Shown: piece after piece, positions 31,836-39,463 of the stretch
Numbering within the stretch: the stretch's first letter is position 1
Layout of the letters: every line of letters begins with the position of its first letter
NCBI GenBank assembly: GCA_018968815.1
Contig: JAGWZL010000001.1
Coordinates: 61,178-125,177 of the forward strand
DNA length: 64,000 bases
Source of the DNA: Verrucomicrobiota bacterium
Lineage (GTDB): Bacteria; Chlamydiota; Chlamydiia; Chlamydiales; SM23-39
Reading direction: 5' to 3'
The notes under the pieces: model-generated
Told to the model about the DNA's origin: nothing
Databases searched by the model: none
Seen by the model: the letters and a program-made list of their open reading frames with translations, nothing else
Translations under genes and position numbers: made by a program

Positions 31836-31912
31836 ACCCGTTCCAGTTGAATATTCTCAATTTTTGGCGCTTTGACGCTGGTCGAAATTGAGAATATTCA
31901 ACTGGAACGGGT
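31836..31912. repeat. Perfect 28-bp inverted repeat (hairpin) between the HlyD-like and methyltransferase genes
   Basis: acccgttccagttgaatattctcaattt (31836-31863) and its exact reverse complement (31885-31912), separated by a 21-nt loop. No T-tract follows. Confidence 0.9.
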
Positions 31913-31925
31913 ACACTCGCTGCCT

Positions 31926-32837
31926 ATGCAACTCCCTCTAGAACTCCAGTTGGCTGTGGAAACTTTTTTTGACAAAGTTTCTGCGACCCTTTTGCGTAAA
32001 GCCAGAGAATCACTCACCTCGACCTATCGAGAAGGGGGCGTCTCCCCATTTGACGATGAGGCCCATCGACTCGCTTATCTTGCGGTGCGGCTGCCGGCCA
32101 CTTTTGCAGCAGTGCGCAAAGCGTTGCAACAGGTCCATTTGCAAGGGACGCTCCTCGATTTGGGCGCAGGTTTTGGGGCCGCTTCTTGGGCGGCGCTCGA
32201 TCTGTTTCCGCTCGAGCGCGCGACCCTCATCGAACAAAATGCAAAGGCCATCGAACTCGGCAAAAAGCTAGCGGAAGCGCACCCGACTTTGAAGCAGAGC
32301 GCCTGGATACAGCAAACGCTAGACGCTCCCCTGCCAAAGGCCGATACGGGTATTTTGTCTTACGTATTGAGCGAATTGCAGAGCCCAGAGAAGGTGGTGG
32401 AGCATTGCTGGAATGCAGTGCATACATTGATCATCGTCGAACCCGGCACGCCAAAAGCTTTTCAAACCCTGAAAAAAGTGCGAGAGCAACTCATCGGATT
32501 GAAGGCTCACATCCTCGCGCCCTGCCCGCATGCGTTGAAATGTCCCAATGATTGGTGCCATTTTGCTGCCCGCGTCGAAAGAAGTCGATTGCACCGCCTG
32601 CTTAAAGAGGGATCGCTGAATTTCGAGGATGAGAAATTTTGTTACCTCATCGCCTCCAAATCGCCCGCCACATCCGCCCCCAATCGGATCGTCCGCCACC
32701 CCGTCAAGCATCCTGGCTTTGTCCGCCTGTCTCTATGTACCAAAGAGGGGACATTGGCGGAAAAAACAGTGTCTAAAAAAGAGAAGGGGCTTTACCGCAC
32801 AGCCCGCGATGCGGAGTGGGGCGATTCAATCGAGTAA
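31926..32837 (+). CDS. Rsm22-like SAM-dependent methyltransferase
   Basis: 'RLAYLAVRLPATFAAVRKAL', the SAM motif 'LLDLGAGFGAASWAA', and a C-terminal Cys cluster 'APCPHALKCP..WCHF'. The start was set to the ATG at 31926, because the TTG at 31872 would begin inside the hairpin. Confidence 0.7.
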   Translation: MQLPLELQLAVETFFDKVSATLLRKARESLTSTYREGGVSPFDDEAHRLAYLAVRLPATFAAVRKALQQVHLQGTLLDLGAGFGAASWAALDLFPLERATLIEQNAKAIELGKKLAEAHPTLKQSAWIQQTLDAPLPKADTGILSYVLSELQSPEKVVEHCWNAVHTLIIVEPGTPKAFQTLKKVREQLIGLKAHILAPCPHALKCPNDWCHFAARVERSRLHRLLKEGSLNFEDEKFCYLIASKSPATSAPNRIVRHPVKHPGFVRLSLCTKEGTLAEKTVSKKEKGLYRTARDAEWGDSIE

Positions 32838-32897
32838 TAAGGAGAATGGTCCCCCGACTATGGCCACTGTGAGTCTTTTCCCAATGATGGATGAATC

Positions 32898-33875
32898 ATG
32901 AAAGCGATAGGGTGCTTGGTATTTTTGCTTTTGTTGCATGGTTGCTCGACTGGGCCGTCTCGGAAGGAGGCTGTTCAACAGCCTCCATTGCCGCCTAAGC
33001 ATACAGGTTTTTTTGTATCGGCGCCTATCGCCGAATTTTCTTCTACGCAAATACCTTGTTTGCGCGTAAACATTGAAGATCAGCAGTTACTCCTAAAGCT
33101 GGATCTGGGATTTCGAGGAGATCTATCTCTTGAAGCAAATAGTTTGAGCTCTATTCGCTCGAAGGTATTTCTCGGAGAGAAGGATATGTATGGTATGCGA
33201 GGTAAAAAATATAGGGAAAATGTATACCGTATTCCTAAGGTGGAAATTGGGTTAATGACTTTTTCACCTCTGCATGTTCTGGAACAAGATCCGATGTTCA
33301 TGCCAGATGCAAGGTTGATTCAGGATGGGCAAGATGCACCTACCGGTGGAGTCGGGACTCTCGGATGGCAACTCTTTGTAAACACTAACTTGCTGATTGA
33401 CATTCAGCAATCTCGGATTGCTTTTTGTGATAGCCTAGACGAGCTGCACAGAGCAGGCTATATCACTGAAAGCTGCGTAAAAGTCCCGCTGCTTCTAGAG
33501 AGAGGACTCGTAGAACTGGAAGCAGAGGGTCCTGATGGGATGATGCGTTGCGTTTTAGATACAGGATCCACATGGAATATCATCAACGCTGAAATTGACA
33601 AAGAGGTTCCTCTAGAAATAGCAGTATGGGAAGAGCAGAATTCGCTTGAACTACCTTTTCTTAAATTGGGAGGGCGCGATCAGGGGCCTCTTCCTTTTCA
33701 TCGAATGCCTATCCGTCTTCCGATTCATGTGGAAGCAGTCTTAGGTATGGAATTTTTCAAAAAACATGTCGTTTTTTTGGACTTTAAAAACGGGTGCGCT
33801 TACGTGTGGCCAAATGAAGAACCCTTACTTTGTAGACCCCCTCTTAAGCACAGACGCTGCGCGACTCAATCTTGA
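32898..33875 (+). CDS. Lipoprotein with retropepsin-like aspartic-protease motif
   Basis: Lipobox 'LLLHGC' at residues 12-17. A 'VLDTGSTWNII' (D-T-G) motif lies in the C-terminal half and a degenerate 'LKLDLGFRGDLSL' in the N-terminal half. Confidence 0.55.
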   Translation: MKAIGCLVFLLLLHGCSTGPSRKEAVQQPPLPPKHTGFFVSAPIAEFSSTQIPCLRVNIEDQQLLLKLDLGFRGDLSLEANSLSSIRSKVFLGEKDMYGMRGKKYRENVYRIPKVEIGLMTFSPLHVLEQDPMFMPDARLIQDGQDAPTGGVGTLGWQLFVNTNLLIDIQQSRIAFCDSLDELHRAGYITESCVKVPLLLERGLVELEAEGPDGMMRCVLDTGSTWNIINAEIDKEVPLEIAVWEEQNSLELPFLKLGGRDQGPLPFHRMPIRLPIHVEAVLGMEFFKKHVVFLDFKNGCAYVWPNEEPLLCRPPLKHRRCATQS

Positions 33876-34320
33876 AAGGTTTGAAGTGTTCACAATTGAC
33901 ATGGTCTTGCTGTTTTAATTTCTTATTACGATCAAGCGCTACAAAAGTGTTTCTGAATTTCTTGTTACTAACCTTTAGTCGTTCTAGGGTAAATAGTCGG
34001 ATATGAAGCTCGGTTGAGGGAGTAATCTTTGCTGCTTGATTTTTAGATTTTTCCCATTTTATGACCGCAGCATGAGTCACTCCAAAATGTTTGGCAAAGT
34101 CGACTAAGGTCATCTTCAATGATTGCCGGATAAAACGAATTTCATTTCCAGTTAGAGGGAAAGGCTTATGACTTAACATATCAAGAAGAGTCATTTGAAG
34201 AGTGTTGTAGTTAATGTCAGGTACTTCAACTCCCCTGATTTTTTTCATAGGTACGTGGAGCAAAATCACAGGGAACCCAAATCCCTCGTAGACAAACTTT
34301 TCGACCCTATCTTCTTTCAT
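33844..34320 (-). CDS. MqsA-like HTH (XRE-type) antitoxin lacking zinc-finger cysteines
   Basis: 'LTGNEIRFIRQSLKMTLVDFAKHFGVTHAAVIKWEKSKN' matches the remembered MqsA/YgiT HTH pattern. The N-terminal region has no CxxC pairs. It lies 7 nt downstream of the DUF4258-like gene. Confidence 0.65.
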   Translation of the reverse strand: MKEDRVEKFVYEGFGFPVILLHVPMKKIRGVEVPDINYNTLQMTLLDMLSHKPFPLTGNEIRFIRQSLKMTLVDFAKHFGVTHAAVIKWEKSKNQAAKITPSTELHIRLFTLERLKVSNKKFRNTFVALDRNKKLKQQDHVNCEHFKPFKIESRSVCA

Positions 34321-34327
34321 AACTCAC

Positions 34328-34642
34328 TCACCTTTTCACAAGATTAATTACCGTAATAATTAACATTAGATCTTCATCAAAACTGATGATCACTCTTGTT
34401 TTGTCGTCTTGTAAAGTCACTCCTTCGATCGCGTAATTCCAAGCGTTAAATTCTTCTTTATATTCATCACGAGAAGGCACCCTGTACCCCGTCTCAATCA
34501 CGTGAAGAGCGTCTATCAGGGTTATGTCCCGCTCGTATTGCCTACACTCAGCATGAAAAGTTGGCCTGTAGTTACCGTTATCTATACAGGCTTTGGCAAT
34601 TTTTAAAACATCAGTAATTTTACTAGGTCTTTTAAGACTCAT
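34328..34642 (-). CDS. DUF4258-like putative toxin
   Basis: 104 aa from the ATG at 34642. 'FHAECRQYERDITLIDALHVIETG' resembles DUF4258 (recollection). It is paired with the HTH gene. Confidence 0.6.
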   Translation of the reverse strand: MSLKRPSKITDVLKIAKACIDNGNYRPTFHAECRQYERDITLIDALHVIETGYRVPSRDEYKEEFNAWNYAIEGVTLQDDKTRVIISFDEDLMLIITVINLVKR

Positions 34643-34782
34643 GCTGATTCTGAAAAAAGGATATGGGGGAGTGTAACTGAGTAACACATTGATTGCAATG
34701 CATGAAATCTAGATCTGGAGAAATTGTTGCAGGTATACCGAAACAACCTGAAGAATGGTTGTCTCTACCGCAATAAAATGGA

Positions 34783-35034
34783 TCATCGATCGGCCAGACG
34801 ACGAAAAAGACGGAAGCATTTGCGTTTTACATTCTTAAACGTCTTAAGCACCACATCTTCAGGTGCGCCCTCAACGGCTTGGAGAAGAAGGCCACCAGAT
34901 GGATTAACAGTGAGTTGAATAGGGCCAGATTTGCTGAGACCTGCAGATTCCAACATTTGGTCAGTAAGAACGATCGCTCGTTTTTTTCCATGTTTTATGG
35001 GACGGAGGATCATAGGTTTAAATTTTTTTCTCAT
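34783..35034 (-). CDS. AbrB/MazE/SpoVT-like small DNA-binding protein (orphan, tentative)
   Basis: 83 aa. 'KRAIVLTDQMLESAGLSKSGPIQLTVNPSGGLLLQ' loosely fits a looped-hinge-helix pattern. Confidence 0.4.
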   Translation of the reverse strand: MRKKFKPMILRPIKHGKKRAIVLTDQMLESAGLSKSGPIQLTVNPSGGLLLQAVEGAPEDVVLKTFKNVKRKCFRLFRRLADR

Positions 35035-35164
35035 GATCTTACCACAAGGCTCCGTTTTCTGTGTATGTTGTTTTGTTTATTTGTGCAAGAGCGGTCTCTT
35101 GATCGGGTTTCATTAAAAAAGTGATCCGCTATCTACTCCAGAAGACACCCAGTAAGCGAATAAA

Positions 35165-35185
35165 AAATGAACTCAAAAGTTGGGT
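35165..35185 (+). repeat. Solo copy of the MITE terminal repeat
   Basis: aaatgaactcaaaagttgggt is identical to 18618-18638. No inverted partner was seen nearby. Confidence 0.7.
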
Positions 35186-35200
35186 CTTTGACTTGTAGGG

Positions 35201-36064
35201 TCATCCCTCCACTGCTTTCATTGCCTCATGAGGCGCAGACAGCAGTTTGTCTGCAGATGAGCTGACGACAGAGATTGACGGCTCTTCTTTCTCCTGAGCG
35301 GCCAAATATCTTCCGAGTAGATGTCCAAGGCCAAATAAGGTGAATAGGCACAGTAGGAAAGAGCTTAGATCCAGCTCAGAAAGTGTCCACAGTTCGTACA
35401 GTGCATAAGTAGCGAGTGCCGGCGTAAGTAGCGTGAATGCTTTTTTTACCCCCGGAATATCTCCTTTGTTTCGTAAATATTGAATCGCATTTTGTGTGGC
35501 TACAGCTTCCTGATAAAGAGTGACTAGGGGGAGCCGGCTAGCGAGCCCATAAAGTACGGGATTTTCTCGTGTGTGAAAATCTTTGGCGTGACCCGCTTCA
35601 TGAAGCGCAATAGACGCATCATCTGAAAAAAGGTAGATTGTGTTGGCTGAGGGTGAAAAGCGATCCCCAGGAAATCCGGTTAATTTCGACACAGCCAATG
35701 TTGTTATTATCCCGTCTGCAAGACCGATCGTGCATTTTGACAAGCGGGACGTTTTGGGATTGGACATAATTCGTATCCACGTGCTGCCTGGGTCGTACTC
35801 GTTTACAGAAACACGTACATCGTGCAATCCATTTTCATGTAAATAGTTCCTCATCTTGTCGAGGGTCTCCTGAGAAATATTTCCCGAACCAAATTTCGAA
35901 TTCCACAGGAATAATTTTGCAGGAATAGAGAGGAGGTTTCGGATGCCATCTACGATTCGATCGGAAGCGCCGACGCTAATCTCAATCATTTCTTTAGTTT
36001 TATTGGATTGCGGAGCTTCTATTTCTTGTTTGCGAGCAAAAGGATTAATTGACGATAGTTCCAT
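35201..36064 (-). CDS. Membrane-associated HExxH putative zinc metalloprotease
   Basis: 'IALHEAGHAKDF' (HExxH) plus C-terminal hydrophobic helices. Confidence 0.55.
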   Translation of the reverse strand: MELSSINPFARKQEIEAPQSNKTKEMIEISVGASDRIVDGIRNLLSIPAKLFLWNSKFGSGNISQETLDKMRNYLHENGLHDVRVSVNEYDPGSTWIRIMSNPKTSRLSKCTIGLADGIITTLAVSKLTGFPGDRFSPSANTIYLFSDDASIALHEAGHAKDFHTRENPVLYGLASRLPLVTLYQEAVATQNAIQYLRNKGDIPGVKKAFTLLTPALATYALYELWTLSELDLSSFLLCLFTLFGLGHLLGRYLAAQEKEEPSISVVSSSADKLLSAPHEAMKAVEG

Positions 36065-36122
36065 AAATTACATTGTCTGTTTGTGTTTTATTATATCAAA
36101 TTTGTTTGTTTTTTTGCATAGC

Positions 36123-36151
36123 TTTACAATTGATGAGTAGATTGCTATAAT
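36123..36151 (+). promoter_or_regulatory. Sigma-70-type promoter
   Basis: -35 TTTACA (36123-36128), 17-nt spacer, -10 TATAAT (36146-36151). An SD-like ggtgagg precedes the ATG at 36173. Confidence 0.55.
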
Positions 36152-36172
36152 AAAACTAGGGTGAGGTAGATA

Positions 36173-36535
36173 ATGTACAAAGGAATTATTGAAAAACTGC
36201 TTGCTTTTCCACAAAGAGGCCAAATTCGCATCCATTTTGATCTGAAAAATAGGGTGTTTCGATTGTCCGTCCCTATCTCCTCTTCCAGGACACTGTCCGA
36301 ACCAGTCAAAAAATATGTAATCGCTAGAGAAAAATTGACTTTTAAACCCCACGCCACGTCCTACCAGATTCGAGGGAAAAAAGTTTTTTTAATTCAGGAA
36401 ATCCCCTTTGGCTTGGGAGTGCAAGACACAACCCGCAAAGATGTCGAGCAGTTTTGGGATCTGTCGCGGCATTGCCACAAAATGCTCGCCGAAATGGAGA
36501 TGGAGCACGCGTATCAAGGCGCTCTGCACATTTAA
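36173..36535 (+). CDS. Hypothetical protein
   Basis: 120-aa ORF with the consensus promoter and SD above. No family was recognised. Confidence 0.55.
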   Translation: MYKGIIEKLLAFPQRGQIRIHFDLKNRVFRLSVPISSSRTLSEPVKKYVIAREKLTFKPHATSYQIRGKKVFLIQEIPFGLGVQDTTRKDVEQFWDLSRHCHKMLAEMEMEHAYQGALHI

Positions 36536-36550
36536 AAGTTGTACAGCTTC

Positions 36551-37948
36551 TTAGACCTCAATCTGAGGCCAAACAATCGCCTGTTTTCCAGCATGGCGGG
36601 CCAGCAAAGGCTCAATCTCCTCTTTGAGAAATCGACGTGTTTGCTCAGGCGCCAGGCCGATCAGTTTGATCGGGTCTAAGACGGAGGCCACCTCTTGGGG
36701 ATCCAACCCCAACTCTTTGGCAAAATGGGGGTTTTTTTGCTTCGCCAATTTGCGTAAGCGCTCATGCGTCGCTTGCCGGTCCGCCCCTTTCTTCACCGCA
36801 AGCATGAGCAGGTTTTCCATGGCCAAATGATGCATCTGCGCCTCTAGGTTTTCTTGGATGCGCGCCCGATCGATGTTCAGATGTTTGAATACATGGACGA
36901 GTAGATTGAGAATCGCGTCAGCCCCAAGAAACGCCTCCGGAATAGACAAGCGCCGATTCGATGAGTCGTCTAAACTCCTCTCCAGCCACTGCGTGGCTGC
37001 CGTATAAGCCGGGTTTTGGGAGAGCGACATCACAAAACGGGCCAGACCGCAAATCCGCTCAGCAAAAATCGGATTGCGCTTGTACGGCATCGCCGATGAG
37101 CCTATTTGCTCCTCTTCAAACCCCTCCAAAAGCTCCCCATCATGAGCCAACAGACGCAGATCGGTCGCCATTTTGTGACAGCTCGCAGCCAAAGAGGCTA
37201 ACGCATTGACAATGAATAGATCCCATTTGCGCGGATAGGTTTGCCCCGCAATGTGGAGGATCTTGGTAAAGCCAAAATCGGCGGCGATCGCTTTTTCGAG
37301 TAAGGCCACCTTGTTCGCGTCCCCATCAAAGAGCGCGAGAAAAGAACTCTGTGTGCCCGTGGCCCCCTTCACGCCCAAAAAAGGCAATGTGGCGATGAGC
37401 CGCTCAAACTCTTCGGCATCGAGGCGCAAATCTTGCAGCCACAGCGCAAAACGCTTGCCCACCGTTGTGGGTTGCGCAGGTTGAAAGTGAGTAAACCCCA
37501 AACAGGGCGTCGCCGATTCATGGGCCGCGAGCTTGGCCATGATGCGGATCACTTCAGTGAGCTTGCTGACAAGTAATTCGAGGCCAAATTTAAGTTGAAT
37601 GAGATCGGTGTTATCCGTGACAAACGTGGAGGTAGCGCCTAAATGGATGATCGGTTTCGCTTGGGGACACTGATCCCCAAAGGCATGAATATGCGCCATC
37701 ACGTCGTGCTTAAACTTTTTTTCATACGAGCGCGCAGCGGCAAAATCGATCCTTTCGACATTGTCTTCGAGTTCGGCCACCTGCTGATGCGTGATGGGTA
37801 AACCCAACTTCTGCTCGGCTTTGGCTAAAGAGACCCAGAGTTTGCGAAACGTGGAAATCTTGAAATGCGCCGAAAAAAGACGCGACATCTCAGGACTGCA
37901 GTAGCGCGCCGAGAAGGGAGACACGTATTCTTCATGGCGCGCCGACAT
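36551..37948 (-). CDS. purB: Adenylosuccinate lyase
   Basis: Fumarate-lyase signature 'GSSAMPYKRNP'. The N-terminal 'YVSPFSARYCSPEMSRLFS' is typical of PurB. Confidence 0.95.
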   Translation of the reverse strand: MSARHEEYVSPFSARYCSPEMSRLFSAHFKISTFRKLWVSLAKAEQKLGLPITHQQVAELEDNVERIDFAAARSYEKKFKHDVMAHIHAFGDQCPQAKPIIHLGATSTFVTDNTDLIQLKFGLELLVSKLTEVIRIMAKLAAHESATPCLGFTHFQPAQPTTVGKRFALWLQDLRLDAEEFERLIATLPFLGVKGATGTQSSFLALFDGDANKVALLEKAIAADFGFTKILHIAGQTYPRKWDLFIVNALASLAASCHKMATDLRLLAHDGELLEGFEEEQIGSSAMPYKRNPIFAERICGLARFVMSLSQNPAYTAATQWLERSLDDSSNRRLSIPEAFLGADAILNLLVHVFKHLNIDRARIQENLEAQMHHLAMENLLMLAVKKGADRQATHERLRKLAKQKNPHFAKELGLDPQEVASVLDPIKLIGLAPEQTRRFLKEEIEPLLARHAGKQAIVWPQIEV

Positions 37949-38697
37949 TACCGATCCAAAAGCGTTTCAATCTGACGAAGAAGACCCCGAATCGTCTGCT
38001 TCTCCTCTTCGCGAGGCATACAATTCCGATTCTTCACTAAATCGCGCGCCCGCTTCAGATGCAAAATCGCATTGTGCGTAAAATGAGGCAGCCGCTTGTC
38101 ATCTTCCGCTAACGGAAACTCCAGACGAATGAGTTTGAGAAGCTCCTCTTTAGGCTGCCCAGTGTAGTTTTTGACAATCTCTTCTTTCTTCTGAAAAGCC
38201 CCCACCCGGCTAGCCAGACTGTACACAGCTTGGCGCGGCATCTGATCGAGTTTCGGATGCAAGGTTTGCGGAAGAAGTGTGTAAAACTCATAATATTGTA
38301 AGAAATTATAAGGCGTTTGACGGTTGCCATAAGTAGCAAAGAGCCACGCTGTAAATGCGCCGTCTCGATACCGTTTCAAAATGTCTTGCGCCCGCTTAAT
38401 CCTCTCCCCATGCAAGATGACCGCCTGGTTCGTGATCGCCTTCACTTCCGATGTGATCGCCATCAAGGTTTTGAGATCGGCTTCCAGATCATCCGTCTCA
38501 TTCACCCGGAATGTGCGCAGAATATTCTCAATATCCGCTTTTTCCTTCTCGTTGAGCTGCGCTACACGAAAAACTCCAGAAAAACTCGAAAGCTCCCCGT
38601 TATTCGCCTTCTCAACCAACGCAGACATTTTTTCCTTTGCGTCCTTATTCTTGTTGAATCGCAAATGAAGAAGATCATTGAACTTTGACATCATCAA
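37948..38697 (-). CDS. pGP6-D-like protein (chromosomal paralog of the chlamydial plasmid protein)
   Basis: 'ITNQAVILHGERIKRAQDILK..FTAWL....TPYNFLQYYEFYTLLP' parallels the remembered pGP6-D/CT583 family pattern. It overlaps the ParA-like gene by 4 nt. Confidence 0.75.
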   Translation of the reverse strand: MMMSKFNDLLHLRFNKNKDAKEKMSALVEKANNGELSSFSGVFRVAQLNEKEKADIENILRTFRVNETDDLEADLKTLMAITSEVKAITNQAVILHGERIKRAQDILKRYRDGAFTAWLFATYGNRQTPYNFLQYYEFYTLLPQTLHPKLDQMPRQAVYSLASRVGAFQKKEEIVKNYTGQPKEELLKLIRLEFPLAEDDKRLPHFTHNAILHLKRARDLVKNRNCMPREEEKQTIRGLLRQIETLLDR

Positions 38698-39446
38698 ATC
38701 CTCGTAAGTATTTCCGACGTGAGATCCGTGTAATCTTTCGATGCTCGCGCTTGAGGCGCGGTCTCAAAAATCGGCTTTCCATAAATTGTCGCCTCAGATA
38801 CAGCGATATCGCGTCTCACTTTTGCATGCAAGAGTTTTCCTGGAAATGTTTGCTCAATCACCTTCAGAAAAGCATCATTGCTTTTGCCCCTCGGATTCCA
38901 AAATGAAAGAGCCACTCCTAACACTTTCGTCCCATGTCTTTCGGAAATATTGTTAATAAATAATGAAAGCCGCTGCAACCCTTTTACACTATAAAACTCC
39001 GGCGTGGCGCAAACAAGAGAATAATTCGATGCAATCAACGAAGATTCGGTCAACCAACAAAGCGACGGCGGCGTATCAATCAGCACAACGTCGTACGGCA
39101 AATCGCGTAAAATCTCTTTCAGCCTTTCATGCGAATACCGATCGGCTGCCAAAGAACCAGACACCTCAACGCGCTCCAGCCACGTATCGGCCGGAATAAT
39201 GTGCATATTTTCAATGCACGTGTTCAAAATCACCTCCTGAATTGGCTTTTCACCTTGTAAAACAGGAGCCATGCTATCTTGCTCATCTGGATCAAAACCC
39301 AAGCCCGTTGTCAAATTGGCCTGAGCATCAAAATCGATAAGCAAAACCCTCTTCTTATGAAACAGCGCAAGAGCAGAACCGATATGCAACGATGTGGAGG
39401 TTTTGGCTGTGCCTCCTTTGAAGCTGCTGATCGAAATGACTTTCAC
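38694..39446 (-). CDS. ParA/Soj-family ATPase (pGP5-D-like)
   Basis: Deviant Walker A 'SFKGGTAKTSTS', 'LLIDFDAQANLT', 'VLIDTPPS'. Confidence 0.9.
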   Translation of the reverse strand: MKVISISSFKGGTAKTSTSLHIGSALALFHKKRVLLIDFDAQANLTTGLGFDPDEQDSMAPVLQGEKPIQEVILNTCIENMHIIPADTWLERVEVSGSLAADRYSHERLKEILRDLPYDVVLIDTPPSLCWLTESSLIASNYSLVCATPEFYSVKGLQRLSLFINNISERHGTKVLGVALSFWNPRGKSNDAFLKVIEQTFPGKLLHAKVRRDIAVSEATIYGKPIFETAPQARASKDYTDLTSEILTRI

Positions 39447-39463
39447 ATCACACCTCGAAAAAG

